64,000 nt of DNA from Myxococcota bacterium (GCA_965228475.1 OZ245817.1:3168001-3232000), one strand, 5' to 3'; positions 21,753 to 32,745 are shown, counted from the first letter of the stretch. The notes: generated from the sequence alone by a model not told the origin. Numbers and translations are program-made.

Positions 21753-23784
21753 CGAGGTGCGCGACCACCGCCGCCGTGAGCTTCTCCGGCGTGAAGCCGA
21801 AGTACTCCGCCAGGTCCTTGGCCGGCGCCGAGGCGCCGAAGCGCTGGATGCCGTAGACGAGGCCGTCGCGGCCCGCGAGCCCCTGGAACGAACCCCCGCG
21901 CCCGGCCTCGACGGCCACGACGGGCGTGCCGTCGGGGACGACCTCCTTCCGGTAGGCCTCGGGCTGCGCCTCGAAGAGCTCGAGGCTCGGCATGGAAACC
22001 ACGCGCGCGGCGATGCCCTCGCCTTCGAGGGCCTCGGCGCTCTTGCAGGCGAGGCCGACCTCGGAGCCCGTCGCGACGAAGGTGACCCGCGGCGCGGCGC
22101 CGCCGTCGCGCACCACGTAGCCGCCCTTCCACACGTCCTCGGGCGTGAAGGCGTCCGTGCGCGTGAGGGAGGGAACGCCCTGGCGTGTGAGCGCGAGCAT
22201 GGCCGGGCCTTCGGCCTTCTCGGCGATCCAGGCCCAGGCGAGCGCGGTCTCGAGCCCGTCCGCCGGGCGGAAGACCGTGAGGCCCGGGATCGCGCGCAGG
22301 GAATCGAGGTGCTCGATCGGCTGGTGGGTGGGCCCGTCTTCGCCCGCGAAGATCGAATCGTGCGTGAAGACGAAGGTCGAGCGCACACCCATGAGCGCCG
22401 CCAGGCGAACGGCGGGCCGGACGTAGTCGCTGAACACGAGGAACGTGCCGCCGAAGGGCAGGAAGGTCCCGTCGAGGGCGATGCCGTTCAGGATCGCGCC
22501 CATGGCGTGTTCGCGGATGCCGAAGTGGAGGTTGCGGCCGGCGAACGGGTCGCCGTCCGCGATCGGGCCGACGTCGCCGCCGCCCTTGATGGTCGTGACG
22601 TTCGACCCGGCGAGATCCGCCGAGCCGCCGACGACGCAGGGCATGGCCCCGGCCAGGCGCTGGATCGCCTCGCCCGAGTGCTTGCGGGTCGCGGCCTCCT
22701 TGCCGTCCATGCCGTCGGCGATGCGGGTCACGAGGTCTTCGGGCGTGCGGCGGGCCCGGGCGTCTTCGAAGGACTGAGCGCGCTCGGGGTTCGCCGTGCG
22801 CCAGGCGGCATAGGCTTCGTCCCGCACCGCACGCGCGGCGCGCTTGGCGGCGATCCGGCCTGCCAGGTACTCGCGCACGTCGTCCGGAACCAGGAACGTC
22901 GGCTCGAGGGGCCAGCCGAGCGCCTTCTTCGTGAGCTCGACCTCCTCCGCACCGAGCGCGGCGCCGTGGGCCGCGGAGGTATCCGCCTTGTTCGGGCTCC
23001 CGTAGCCGATCGTCGTGCGCGTGATGATGAGGGTCGGCTTCGCCGTCTCGGCACGCCCGGCTTCGAGCGCCGCGCGCAGCGCCGGCAGGTCGAGCCCGTC
23101 CACCGAGGCGACGCTCCAGCCCTGGGCCTCGAAGCGCGCCGTCACGTCCTCGCTGAAGGAGAGGTCCGTGCGGCCGTCGATGGTGATCTGGTTGTCGTCG
23201 TAGAGGAAGATCAGGTTGCCGAGACCGAGGTGCCCGGCCAGGGAACAGGCCTCGGACGAGATGCCTTCCATGAGGTCGCCGTCGCCCGCGATGCCGTAGA
23301 CGAAGTGATCCCCCGGGCCGCCCTCTCCGCCGCCGAACTGACTGCCCGTCATGCGCGCCGCGAGGGCCAGGCCGACGGCGTGGGCGATGCCCTGCCCGAG
23401 CGGGCCCGTCGTCACTTCGACCCCCGGCGTGTGCCCGTACTCCGGGTGCCCCGGCGTCGACGAACCGAGCGCGCGGAATCGGACGAGCTCCTCGTGGGGG
23501 AGGTCGTAGCCGAACAGGTGGAGCAGACCGTACTGCAGCATCGAGGCGTGACCCGCGGAGAGCACGAAGCGGTCGCGCAGCGGCCACTCCGGGTCCGTCG
23601 GGTCGAAGCGCAGATGGTTGTCGAAGATCTCGAGCGCCGGCCCGGCGAGCGCCATCGGCGTCCCGGGGTGGCCGCAGGTCGCGCGCTCGACCGCATCCAC
23701 GGCCAGGAAGCGGATCGTGTTGACGATCCGCTCGTGGAGCTCGCTGCCCGGCTCGGCAATTTCGACGGTGCCCTGCCCGCTCAT
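21745..23784 (-). CDS. tkt: Transketolase
   Basis: [43 protein letters not shown]. Confidence 0.97.
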   Translation of the reverse strand: MSGQGTVEIAEPGSELHERIVNTIRFLAVDAVERATCGHPGTPMALAGPALEIFDNHLRFDPTDPEWPLRDRFVLSAGHASMLQYGLLHLFGYDLPHEELVRFRALGSSTPGHPEYGHTPGVEVTTGPLGQGIAHAVGLALAARMTGSQFGGGEGGPGDHFVYGIAGDGDLMEGISSEACSLAGHLGLGNLIFLYDDNQITIDGRTDLSFSEDVTARFEAQGWSVASVDGLDLPALRAALEAGRAETAKPTLIITRTTIGYGSPNKADTSAAHGAALGAEEVELTKKALGWPLEPTFLVPDDVREYLAGRIAAKRAARAVRDEAYAAWRTANPERAQSFEDARARRTPEDLVTRIADGMDGKEAATRKHSGEAIQRLAGAMPCVVGGSADLAGSNVTTIKGGGDVGPIADGDPFAGRNLHFGIREHAMGAILNGIALDGTFLPFGGTFLVFSDYVRPAVRLAALMGVRSTFVFTHDSIFAGEDGPTHQPIEHLDSLRAIPGLTVFRPADGLETALAWAWIAEKAEGPAMLALTRQGVPSLTRTDAFTPEDVWKGGYVVRDGGAAPRVTFVATGSEVGLACKSAEALEGEGIAARVVSMPSLELFEAQPEAYRKEVVPDGTPVVAVEAGRGGSFQGLAGRDGLVYGIQRFGASAPAKDLAEYFGFTPEKLTAAVVAHLGR

Positions 23785-23984
23785 CGTTCCCCCATCTGGT
23801 GTATTCGGGTCCCGCCCAGCATACAGCGTCCCGCCCGCCGCGGGAGCCGCGGGGCGCCGCCGGGCCGGGCTCCGCCCACATTCACACGGCGTTCGCCCTG
23901 CCCTCGACCGGGATGCCGACGGACCGCCGGGATGGGATACCGTGCGAGCCGCCGGCGCGAGACAGGCGTCGGGCGGGAGGCACC

Positions 23985-24779
23985 ATGGCCGGAAGACTCG
24001 AGGGCAAGCGGGCGATCGTGACGGGGGCCGCCAGCGGCATCGGGCGCGCGAGCGCGCTGCGCTTCGCCGCCGAGGGCGCGTCGGTTCTGGCGGCGGACCT
24101 CGCAGAGGCCGGGCTCGCCGAAACCGCCGAGGCAGCGGCCGGAGCCGGGACCGGGATCGTCACCCGCGCGGGCGACGCCGCCGACGAGGCCTTCGTCGCG
24201 AGCCTCGTCGAAACCTGCGTCGGCGAGTTCGGCGGGCTCGACGCGTGCTTCGCCAACGCCGGCATCACGGGCGAGATGGTGAGCGTGCTCGACACGGACG
24301 TCGAAACCTGGGAGCGCGTGCTGCGCGTGAACCTGGTCGGGCCCTTCCTCGCGATCAAGCACGCGGGCGGCCACATGAAGGACCACGGCGGCGGCTCGAT
24401 CGTCTGTACCGCCAGCGTTGCCGGGCTTCGCTCGGGGGCCGGCCCGACGCCCTACAGCGCGAGCAAGGCGGGCGTCGTCAATCTCGTGCAGACCTCGGCC
24501 TACCAGCTCGCGGGCACCGGCGTCCGCGTCAACGCGATCTGTCCCGGCCTGATCGAGACCGGCATGACGAAGCCGATCTTCGACGCCGCCCGCGCCGCCG
24601 GAAAGGGCGACCGCATCGGCCAGCTGAACCCGCTCCGGCGCTACGGCGTGCCCGAGGAGATCGCCGCGACCGCCCTCTTCCTCGCGAGCGACGAGTCCTC
24701 CTACGTGAACGGCCAGGCCATCGCCGTCTGCGGCGGCCTCTCGGCCTCCCACCCGGTGGTGCCGAACCGGCTCCTCTAG
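23985..24779 (+). CDS. SDR family oxidoreductase
   Basis: [24 protein letters not shown] upstream. Confidence 0.92.
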   Translation: MAGRLEGKRAIVTGAASGIGRASALRFAAEGASVLAADLAEAGLAETAEAAAGAGTGIVTRAGDAADEAFVASLVETCVGEFGGLDACFANAGITGEMVSVLDTDVETWERVLRVNLVGPFLAIKHAGGHMKDHGGGSIVCTASVAGLRSGAGPTPYSASKAGVVNLVQTSAYQLAGTGVRVNAICPGLIETGMTKPIFDAARAAGKGDRIGQLNPLRRYGVPEEIAATALFLASDESSYVNGQAIAVCGGLSASHPVVPNRLL

Positions 24780-24818
24780 CGCCCCGGAAGCGGAAAACTT
24801 CCCCGCCCCAGATTTTGA

Positions 24819-24836
24819 GGTTCGACCCATCGAACC
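24819..24836. promoter_or_regulatory. Perfect inverted repeat upstream of the ParA-like gene; candidate operator
   Basis: GGTTCGA-CCCA-TCGAACC. Confidence 0.4.
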
Positions 24837-24879
24837 CTGCTAGGGGTGTCCCGATTGCCACGCGGTGCGGGAGATCGAC

Positions 24880-25761
24880 ATGGGCCGGACCTACGACGCG
24901 CTCCGACGAGCGGAAGCCGTGCGGGCCGCGCGGGTCCTGCGGCGCGAGCCCGAGCGCGAGGCACTCCTTCCTGCCGCGGCCGCGCCCCGCCGCTGCCGGA
25001 CGCTCGCCATCGCCAGCCCGAAGGGCGGCGTCGGGAAGACCACGCTCGCGCTGCACCTCGCGGTGTACCTGCGCGCCCTGCGGGAAGACCTTCCCATCCT
25101 CCTGTGGAATCTCGACGAACAGGACACCGTCGATCGCGCGCTGCTCGGCGCGCCGGCCCCGACCAGCGGAGAGCTGGCCCTGGCCGAGGGCCTCGGGGCC
25201 GCCCTGCGCCCGGGCGAGTTCGGCATCGACGTCGTCCCGCTCCCCCGCGACGGCCACGCCTTCGAAGCTGCCCTTCCCGAGGGCGACCCGCTCTCGGCCC
25301 TGCTCGGGGACGCCCGCCGCGAGGGCCTCGTGATCTTCGACACCGGCAGCCGGCTCGACCGGGCGGCCGATGCCGCCCTCGCGGCGGCGGACCTCGTGCT
25401 CGTTCCCGTGCGCGACCCGGTCTCCCTGCGCGTCGCCGAACCGGTCTGGCGGCGCGCGAACGGCACGCCGGTCCGGGCCGTGCTCTACGGGATCGACCTG
25501 CGCGTGAAGCTCGAGGGCGAGCAGCAGGACATCCTCGGACTGCTCCTCGACCTGCTCGGCGGTTCCGGACGCGAGCACTTCACCACCGTGATCTCGCGCT
25601 CGCCCGCGGTCGAGGCGCTGACCTGCGCCCCCGACGGAAGGCCCCGCACGCTGATGCACGCGGCGCCGCGCAGCATCGTGCACGGCCAGCTCGGCGCCCT
25701 GGCCCGCGAGGTGCTCGACTGGATGGAAGCGAGCGAGGCGAGCGCCAAGACGGCCGGATGA
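24880..25761 (+). CDS. ParA/MinD family ATPase (orphan)
   Basis: Deviant Walker A KGGVGKTT, IFDTG, ADLVLVPV. Confidence 0.8.
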   Translation: MGRTYDALRRAEAVRAARVLRREPEREALLPAAAAPRRCRTLAIASPKGGVGKTTLALHLAVYLRALREDLPILLWNLDEQDTVDRALLGAPAPTSGELALAEGLGAALRPGEFGIDVVPLPRDGHAFEAALPEGDPLSALLGDARREGLVIFDTGSRLDRAADAALAAADLVLVPVRDPVSLRVAEPVWRRANGTPVRAVLYGIDLRVKLEGEQQDILGLLLDLLGGSGREHFTTVISRSPAVEALTCAPDGRPRTLMHAAPRSIVHGQLGALAREVLDWMEASEASAKTAG

Positions 25762-26390
25762 CCGACGCCGTCCGCGTCGCCTACGACGCCCGCGCGAAAG
25801 ACTACGCAGCCGCCAACCTCGGCGAGCTCGAGCGCATCGCCTTCGATCGCGAGCGGCTCGAGACGTTCGCGCAGCGCGTCCCCTCGGCCGGCGGCGTCGT
25901 CGCCGACGTCGGCTGCGGGCCGGGACACGTCGTCCACCACCTGGCCGAACGGGGCGTCGAGGCCGTCGGCTACGACCTTTCTCCAGGGATGATCGCCGAG
26001 GCGCGCCGCACCTTCCCACGCTCGGAGTTCCGGCTCGGGGACCTGACGAGCCTCGCCGTCCCGGATGCTTCGTTCGCGGGGCTCGTCGCCCGCTACTCGC
26101 TCATCCACCTGGAACCGGAGCGGCACGGCGAAGCGTTCCGGGAGTGGTCCCGCGTCCTGCAGCCCGGCGCGCCGGCCCTCGTCTCGTTCTTCGCTTCGGA
26201 CTCGGCCGCCACGCACGGCCAGCCCTTCGACCACGCCGTCCTCACGGCCTACGCGATCGCCCCGAGAACTGCCGCTGCGGCCATGCGCGCTGCGGGCTTC
26301 GAAGACATCGAGGTGTCCACCCGCCCACCGCTCGAAGGCGAGCGCCCGCTCGACCACGCGACGATCCTGGCCCGGCGCGCCCGCGCCTAG
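25758..26390 (+). CDS. Class I SAM-dependent methyltransferase
   Basis: VADVGCGPG, DLSPGM, YSLIH; ATGA overlap with parA-like gene. Confidence 0.88.
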   Translation: MTDAVRVAYDARAKDYAAANLGELERIAFDRERLETFAQRVPSAGGVVADVGCGPGHVVHHLAERGVEAVGYDLSPGMIAEARRTFPRSEFRLGDLTSLAVPDASFAGLVARYSLIHLEPERHGEAFREWSRVLQPGAPALVSFFASDSAATHGQPFDHAVLTAYAIAPRTAAAAMRAAGFEDIEVSTRPPLEGERPLDHATILARRARA

Positions 26391-26441
26391 CGCCCCAGCG
26401 CCTTGCGCGCGAAATCATCGATGGAATGTGACGAGGACTCG

Positions 26442-26517
26442 TGGTCGGGGTGGTGGGATTCGAACCCACGACGCTGACCACCCAAAGATCAGGCTCTGGC
26501 CACTGAGCTACACCCCG
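26442..26517 (-). tRNA. tRNA-Pro (anticodon UGG), CCA encoded
   Basis: CGGGGTG/CACCCCG acceptor with C1-G72 and A73; D arm GCTC/GAGC; anticodon arm TGATC-TT TGG GT-GGTCA; T arm GTGGG-TTCGAAT-CCCAC; 76 nt. Confidence 0.92.
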
Positions 26518-26595
26518 ACGCCGCCGAGGCTAACCGAGCCCCGCTCGGCCGGGTAGCCGACACCGCTACGTGCCCCAGGGCGCCCACGTCCGACC

Positions 26596-26642
26596 CCGCA
26601 AGCGGCAAAGCCGCGCGCAGCGAGGCGCAGCCGAGCGAAGTC
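26596..26642. repeat. Cluster of mini-hairpins, possible REP-like extragenic element
   Basis: GCGGC-AAA-GCCGC, CGC-GCA-GCG and GGC-GCA-GCC in tandem; single copy in this window. Confidence 0.35.
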
Positions 26643-26648
26643 AAAAAG

Positions 26649-27314
26649 TTACGCGAGCTGAATCGTCGTCAGGCACTTGTCCTCGAGCCAGACGAGCATG
26701 TCGCGCAGGGCCTCGGGCCGGATCTCGTGGCCCATCTCGTACTCGTGGTAGGCGAGGTTCACCCCGAGCCGCATGAGCGTCTCGCGGGACTCCTGGGCGC
26801 GCGCGACCGGGATCATCTCGTCCTCGGTGCCGTGGAGCACGAGGGTCGGGAAGTTCTCGTGGCCGGGCTGCTTCTCGATCGCGCCGGTGAGCGCCTCGGG
26901 CAGCCAGCTCGACATGGCGATCAGGCCGCAGAAGCGGTCCGGGTCGTTCAACACGAGGTCGTAGGCCATCACGCCGCCCTGGCTGAAGCCCATGGGCACG
27001 ATCTTGCGCCGGTCGACGGGGTACATCTTCTCGGCTTCGTCGAGGAAGGCCTTCACGGCCTCCCGGCCGGCCTGGAACTCGGCCGGGTCCGGCGGGCCGC
27101 CACCGGTGATCGGGAACCATCCGAAGCCGTGCATGCCCTGGGCGATCTCGAAGGCGACGGGGCCCTGGGGCGAGAGCACGAGGGCTTCGCCCCGGTGCAG
27201 GAGCGGCGCGAGGCCGAGCAGGTCGTGGGCGTTCGCGCCCCAGCCGTGCAGGGCGAGGATGGTCGGAAAGGGGCCTTCTCCGGCCGGGACGTGGGCAGCG
27301 TGTAGGAGTTCCAT
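26649..27314 (-). CDS. Phospholipase/carboxylesterase (alpha/beta hydrolase)
   Basis: [27 protein letters not shown]. Confidence 0.9.
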   Translation of the reverse strand: MELLHAAHVPAGEGPFPTILALHGWGANAHDLLGLAPLLHRGEALVLSPQGPVAFEIAQGMHGFGWFPITGGGPPDPAEFQAGREAVKAFLDEAEKMYPVDRRKIVPMGFSQGGVMAYDLVLNDPDRFCGLIAMSSWLPEALTGAIEKQPGHENFPTLVLHGTEDEMIPVARAQESRETLMRLGVNLAYHEYEMGHEIRPEALRDMLVWLEDKCLTTIQLA

Positions 27315-27426
27315 GGCGGCGGAGTCTACGGGTTCGCCCGACGGGGCGCCCGCGGCCCGCTCCGCTGGGAGCCGGCCTCCCGGCCCGGGAGCCGCCGCCC
27401 GAACGCCGTGCTATCCCACCCAGGCC

Positions 27427-28830
27427 ATGAGCGAACGAACCCTCCTCGACAAGGTATGGGACGCCCATACCGTCCGTGAACTGCCGAACGGCCAGACCCA
27501 GCTCTTCATCGGGCTCCACCTCATCCACGAAGTGACGAGCCCCCAGGCCTTCGCGGCCCTCGACGAGCGCGGCCTGCCCGTCCGCTTCCCCTCGCGCACC
27601 TTCGCGACGGTCGACCACATCATCCCGACCGAGTCCCAGGCCCGGCCGCTGGCCGACGATCTCGCCGAGACGATGATGCAGGCCCTCGAGCGCAACACGA
27701 AGAAGCACGGCATCCCGTTCTTCGGCCCCGAGAGCGGCGAGCAGGGCATCGTGCACGTGATCGGGCCCGAGAAGGGGCTGACGCTACCGGGCATGACGAT
27801 CGCCTGCGGCGACAGCCACACGAGCACCCACGGCGCCTTCGGCGCGATCGCCTTCGGCATCGGCACGAGCCAGGTGCGCGACGTGCTGGCCACCCAGTGC
27901 CTCGCCATGGACCGCCTGAAGGTCCGCCGCGTTTCGGTGACGGGCAAGCTCGCCCCCGGCGTCTACGCGAAGGACGTGACCCTCGCCGTGATCCACGCCC
28001 TCGGGGTGAAGGGCGGCATCGGCTTCGCCTACGAATACGCGGGCCCGGTGATCGAGGCGATGACCATGGAAGAGCGCCTCACCGTCTGCAACATGGCGAT
28101 CGAGGGCGGCGCGCGCGTCGGCTACATCAACCCGGACGAGACGACCTTCGAGTACCTGCGCGGGCGGCCCTACGCGCCCGAAGGCGAGGCCTTCGACCGC
28201 GCCGTCACGGCCTGGCGCGCCACCGCCAGCGAAGCCGACGCCGTCTACGACGAGACGGTCGAGCTCGACGGCGACGCTCTCGCGCCGGTCGTGACCTGGG
28301 GCATCAACCCGGGCCAGAGCATCCCCGTGGACGGCACCCTGCCCCGGCTGGCGGACACGCCGGATGCCGAGCGCGCCTCGGTCGCCGAGGCCCTCGAGCA
28401 CATGCAGCTCGAGGCCGGCGCGAAGATCGAGGGCACGCCGATCGACGTCGCCTTCGTCGGCTCCTGCACGAACGGGCGCATCTCGGACCTGCGCGAGGCG
28501 GCGCGCGTCGCCAAGACCGGCCAGGTCGCCTCGGGCGTGAAGGCGCTGATCGTGCCCGGCTCCCAGGCGGTCGCCCGCCAGGCCGAAGAAGAAGGGCTGC
28601 CGGAGATCTTCAAGAGCGCGGGCTTCGAGTGGCGGGAAGCCGGCTGCTCCATGTGCCTCGCGATGAACCCGGACAAGCTCGTCGGCAGCCAGATCTCGGC
28701 CAGCTCGAGCAACCGGAACTTCAAGGGCCGCCAGGGCTCGCCGACCGGGCGCACGCTCCTGATGTCGCCGGCCATGGTGGCCGCGGCGGCCCTCCGGGGC
28801 CGCGTCACCGACGTGCGGGAGGTCCTCTAG
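27427..28830 (+). CDS. leuC: 3-isopropylmalate dehydratase large subunit
   Basis: [38 protein letters not shown]. Confidence 0.97.
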   Translation: MSERTLLDKVWDAHTVRELPNGQTQLFIGLHLIHEVTSPQAFAALDERGLPVRFPSRTFATVDHIIPTESQARPLADDLAETMMQALERNTKKHGIPFFGPESGEQGIVHVIGPEKGLTLPGMTIACGDSHTSTHGAFGAIAFGIGTSQVRDVLATQCLAMDRLKVRRVSVTGKLAPGVYAKDVTLAVIHALGVKGGIGFAYEYAGPVIEAMTMEERLTVCNMAIEGGARVGYINPDETTFEYLRGRPYAPEGEAFDRAVTAWRATASEADAVYDETVELDGDALAPVVTWGINPGQSIPVDGTLPRLADTPDAERASVAEALEHMQLEAGAKIEGTPIDVAFVGSCTNGRISDLREAARVAKTGQVASGVKALIVPGSQAVARQAEEEGLPEIFKSAGFEWREAGCSMCLAMNPDKLVGSQISASSSNRNFKGRQGSPTGRTLLMSPAMVAAAALRGRVTDVREVL

Positions 28831-28832
28831 TC

Positions 28833-29435
28833 ATGGCCGAAGACATGAAGCGCGAACGCGTCGCCGGCACCGCCTGCGCCCTGCGCGGCGACGACATCGA
28901 TACGGACCGCATCATCCCGGCGCGCTACCTGCGCGTGGTCACCTTCGACACGCTCGGACCCCACGCCTTCGAGGACGACCGCGAACAGGCCAAGGGAAAC
29001 CACCCCCTCGACGACGACCGCTTCGCCGGCGCGAAGATCCTGGTCGTGGGCGACAACTTCGGCTGCGGGTCTTCCCGGGAGCACGCGCCCCAGGCGCTCA
29101 TGCGCTTCGGCTTCGAGGCCTTCGTCGGCGTTTCGTTCGCGGAGATCTTCCGCGGCAACTGCACGGCGCTCGGGCTGCCCTGCGTGACCCTCGCACCGAA
29201 CGACGTCGAGGCGCTGCTCGAGAGCATCGAGCTCGACCCGAGCCAGGAGGTCGTGGTCGACCTCGTCGCGCGCACGGTGACCTCGCGGGTCGGCACGGCA
29301 GCGGCGAGCCTGCCGGACGGCGCACGCCAGCAGCTCCTCGAGGGAACGTGGGACGGCACGGCCGTTCTGCTCGAGGCGGGCGACGCCATCGAGCGGACCG
29401 CCGCCGCCCTGCCCTACGTCGACGGCGCCTACTAG
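28833..29435 (+). CDS. leuD: 3-isopropylmalate dehydratase small subunit
   Basis: DIDTDRIIPARYL, NFGCGSSREHAP. Confidence 0.96.
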   Translation: MAEDMKRERVAGTACALRGDDIDTDRIIPARYLRVVTFDTLGPHAFEDDREQAKGNHPLDDDRFAGAKILVVGDNFGCGSSREHAPQALMRFGFEAFVGVSFAEIFRGNCTALGLPCVTLAPNDVEALLESIELDPSQEVVVDLVARTVTSRVGTAAASLPDGARQQLLEGTWDGTAVLLEAGDAIERTAAALPYVDGAY

Positions 29436-29453
29436 CGCAGCCGCCGGCCGGCC

Positions 29454-30221
29454 CTAGAACTTCGGGTCGCGCTTCTCGAGGAAGGCGGACATGCCCTCGC
29501 GGCTCTCGCCGCCGGCGAACAGCCCGCCGAAGGCCCCCTGCTCGAGCGCGTGGGCGACGCGCACGTCCGCGTCGGCCCCTTCGAGCAGCAGCCGCTTCGC
29601 CACGGCCACGGCCCGCGGGCCCTTGCCCGCCACGTGGTTCGCGCTGTCGAAGGCGGCGTCGAGCAGCTCGTCGGGTTCGCACACCCGGTTCACGAGGCCC
29701 ATCTGGAGCGCCTGCTCCGCGCGGATGGCCTCCCCGCCGAGGACGAGCTCACGCACGGCGCCCGGGCCGACCCGGCGCGCGAGCCGGCTCGTCCCGCCGA
29801 AGCCTGGAATCAGGCCGAGCTTCACTTCGGGCTGCCCGAACCGGGCCTTGCTCGAGGCGTAGATCCAATCGCAGGCGCAGGCGAGTTCGCAGCCGCCGCC
29901 GAGGGCGAAGCCGTTCACCGCGGCGATGACCGGGACCTCGAGGGCTTCGAGGCTCTCCATCACGCGGTGCCCGAGGGCGCTGAAGGCCTGGGCGCCGGCC
30001 GCATCGAGTTCGCTCATCTCCGCGATGTCGGCCCCGGCGACGAAGGCACGGCCGCTACCCGTGAGGATCGCGGCGCGCACGCCGTCGTCGGCCGCGATCT
30101 CGGCGACCCGCTCGTGCAGCGCCTCCAGCGTCTCGCGGTTCAGGGCGTTCAGGACGTCGGGACGGTTCATCGTGACGAGCGCCACGGCGTCGTGGCGCTC
30201 GAGCAGGACCGGATCGCTCAA
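29454..30221 (-). CDS. Enoyl-CoA hydratase/isomerase
   Basis: NRPDVLNAL, FVAGADI, NGFALGGGCELA, GQPEVKLGLIPG; TTG start after GGAG. Confidence 0.92.
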   Translation of the reverse strand: MSDPVLLERHDAVALVTMNRPDVLNALNRETLEALHERVAEIAADDGVRAAILTGSGRAFVAGADIAEMSELDAAGAQAFSALGHRVMESLEALEVPVIAAVNGFALGGGCELACACDWIYASSKARFGQPEVKLGLIPGFGGTSRLARRVGPGAVRELVLGGEAIRAEQALQMGLVNRVCEPDELLDAAFDSANHVAGKGPRAVAVAKRLLLEGADADVRVAHALEQGAFGGLFAGGESREGMSAFLEKRDPKF

Positions 30222-30252
30222 GGGTTCTCCTCGTTCGGGTGAAGGGGTCGCT

Positions 30253-32745
30253 CTACTTCCAGAGCGATTCGTCGGGGAGCGGGAACAGCGACGTTCCCGC
30301 CGGATAGAGCGGCAGCGGATCGACGATGAGGGGCGCGGGCCAGCGCGGGTCGATCGCCGTCTCGAAGAAGATCAGCCGCTGGGCGCGGGACTCGACGGCC
30401 GACTGCGCGCAGAAGTGGCCTTCGTTCGAGCTGCGTTCGGACAGCGGGGGCGACATGCAGCCGGGCGTGATCGGGATGCCGGGCACGCCGTCGGGCACGA
30501 ACTGGTAGAACGCCGCCGTCGTCTCCGGATCGACGTTCCCCGCGACCGAACCCTCGCGCACCTTCAGGAAGGGGACGGCGCGCTGGACCGGCCCGAGGTG
30601 CGGCAGGTCGCCGAGCTGCCAGGCCGAAGACTCCGTCGCGTGGTTCGGCACGAGGGAATCGTCGAGGCCCTCCACCATCAGCACGCTCGCCTTCTTCACG
30701 CTGCAGTTCCCCGGCCCGTCGCACCAGTCCGGGGCGAGGCAGGTCTCGAGATCGTCGCAGACGAGCGGGACGACGGCCGGCTCGCGGTAGACGAAGCGGC
30801 CGTGGTTGTGCTTGTCCTGGCGGTCGAAGTCCGCCTGGAAGACCGACGTCGCCGCCCAGATGTCGGCGGGGGTGAGCGCCGGGAAGAGGATCGGGAGGGA
30901 CTCGAGGAAGGTCGCCGCCTGCTGGTGCAGGAGCGTCTCGAGCAGGCGCGCACCGCCCACCATCAGGGCCGCCGCGTCGACTTCCGGGGCGTAGGCGACG
31001 AAGGCCTGGCCGTTGTTGCCGCCCTCGCTGATCCCCATGTAGAGGAGCTTCGTCGGGTCGAGGTCCGGGACGCCGTCCGGCGCGCCAAGCGGAAGCAGAT
31101 CGAAGTCGCCGAGGCTCTCGATCATGCGCACGAAGGCGAGCTGTTCACCGAGGGTCTGGTGCCAGTGGTCCCCGAGCTGCTGGTTCGAAAGCAGGTCGAG
31201 CACGATCCCGAAGACCTGGTTCGTGATGCGGACCTCGTCGTCGTCGTTCGGGTCCTCGTACTCGATGCACGCGGCACCGGGGCTCGAGTTCGGCGGCGCG
31301 ACCTCGCGGTTCAGGATGTCGGTGAAGCCGATCACCGCGTAGCCGGCCTGGGCGAGGAAGCGCCTCGCGTTGCGCAGCACCTCGGTCTCGGACTCGCCCG
31401 GGTTGCCGTGCTGATACATCACGATCGGGACCGGCCCGTCGAGGGCGGCCTCCGGCAGCGCGAGGCGGAAGCAGGCGGGCCGCGAGCCCGTCACGACGGG
31501 TCGCCCTTCGGCGTCGCGCCGCAGGTACACGCCGTCGCGCCAGTTCGGCGCGTCCCAGGTCCCGCGCACGAGGGCGGCCACGTGGTTCGCGGGCTCCGGC
31601 TCGACGGCGTCGGGGTTCGCCGGGTCGATGTGGAGGGCCGGCGGGGGCGCCGCCAGGATCTGGCGCTTCATCACCTGGACGTCGTCCTGGATCGAATCCG
31701 TCGAGCGCACCGAGACGAGTGCGGCGAAGGCGATGTCGTCGGGCAGGAGCCGCGGGCGCACGACCTTGCGCCCGGCGAAGAGCACCTCCCCGAACCGGGA
31801 GCGATTCTCGGTGACGGCCGGAGGCTCGCCCGCAACGGGCTCTCCCATCACGCCTTCGAGGTAGGCGGAGGGCGCGAGGGGCCGACCCGGGCCGGCGTTC
31901 ACCCGGCGCGTCAGGAAGAAGGCGTACTGCCCCTCCGGCTCGAGGGGGATCGACGGGAAGACGAGCAGCGTGTTCGAGACGCGTCCGAAGGGCGTCACGT
32001 CGTCGTTGCGCACCTCGATGCGGAACGGCACCCGCTCCCCGTACTCCGCACTCGAGGGCGTGAGGTCGACGAGCGCCGCCGTGGCGAGCGGGTCGAGGGA
32101 GGCCGTGGGCGTGAGCGGAAGCGAAGCCGGGTCGACGGCATCGTCGAGCTCGATCACGAAGGGGCCGATCGGGCTGAAGCCGTCGAGGGCGTTCGCCTCG
32201 GCCAGCACGGCGCCGAAGACGGTGACGTGGTTCGGCGTATGGGACGGGACCGGCACGTCGAGGCGCTGCCCCGTCGCGGTGCCGGCGTCGTCGACCAGGA
32301 ACCAATCGTCCGGGAAGGGCGTGATGGAGTCGGTCGAGGTGCGGTCGTGCAGGACGCGGAAGGCCGCTCCAGCCGCGGCGGTGCGGAACTGGAGAGACTC
32401 CGTTCCACCGCCGGAAGGCCAGGAGAGCGCGCAATCGTCCTCGGCCGGGAGCGGGCCGAGGGGGTTGATCACCACGATGCCATCGTGCGGGATGGCGGAA
32501 GCCTGGAGGAAGCCCTCGGCGCTCGCACAGGCGAGGGAGAACTGCTTCGGGAGGGTCGTATGGACGGGCTCGGTGAACTCGAGGACGAGCCAGGCCGTCG
32601 TCGGCACAGCGATCGCCCCGGGGGCCGGGTCGCTCGCCGCGAGCGGCGGCAGCGCGGGCCCGCCGGGCTGCGGGTCGCAGGCGGACCCGGCCAGCAGGAC
32701 GGAGAGCAGGAGCAGGACGGAGCGAGCGGGGGACGAGGTCTTCAT
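30253..32745 (-). CDS. Large lipoprotein: Ig-like N-terminus plus alpha/beta hydrolase (VolA/Pla-1-like lipase architecture)
   Basis: Lipobox LAGSAC; PFPDD; NALDGFSP; YQHG; nucleophile GISEGG; D and H candidates (DSLVPN, EGHFC). Confidence 0.7.
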   Translation of the reverse strand: MKTSSPARSVLLLLSVLLAGSACDPQPGGPALPPLAASDPAPGAIAVPTTAWLVLEFTEPVHTTLPKQFSLACASAEGFLQASAIPHDGIVVINPLGPLPAEDDCALSWPSGGGTESLQFRTAAAGAAFRVLHDRTSTDSITPFPDDWFLVDDAGTATGQRLDVPVPSHTPNHVTVFGAVLAEANALDGFSPIGPFVIELDDAVDPASLPLTPTASLDPLATAALVDLTPSSAEYGERVPFRIEVRNDDVTPFGRVSNTLLVFPSIPLEPEGQYAFFLTRRVNAGPGRPLAPSAYLEGVMGEPVAGEPPAVTENRSRFGEVLFAGRKVVRPRLLPDDIAFAALVSVRSTDSIQDDVQVMKRQILAAPPPALHIDPANPDAVEPEPANHVAALVRGTWDAPNWRDGVYLRRDAEGRPVVTGSRPACFRLALPEAALDGPVPIVMYQHGNPGESETEVLRNARRFLAQAGYAVIGFTDILNREVAPPNSSPGAACIEYEDPNDDDEVRITNQVFGIVLDLLSNQQLGDHWHQTLGEQLAFVRMIESLGDFDLLPLGAPDGVPDLDPTKLLYMGISEGGNNGQAFVAYAPEVDAAALMVGGARLLETLLHQQAATFLESLPILFPALTPADIWAATSVFQADFDRQDKHNHGRFVYREPAVVPLVCDDLETCLAPDWCDGPGNCSVKKASVLMVEGLDDSLVPNHATESSAWQLGDLPHLGPVQRAVPFLKVREGSVAGNVDPETTAAFYQFVPDGVPGIPITPGCMSPPLSERSSNEGHFCAQSAVESRAQRLIFFETAIDPRWPAPLIVDPLPLYPAGTSLFPLPDESLWK

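Noticed and set aside
24780..26517. Integrative element at tRNA-Pro
   Set aside because: No integrase and no duplicated tRNA 3' end (att) found in the window.
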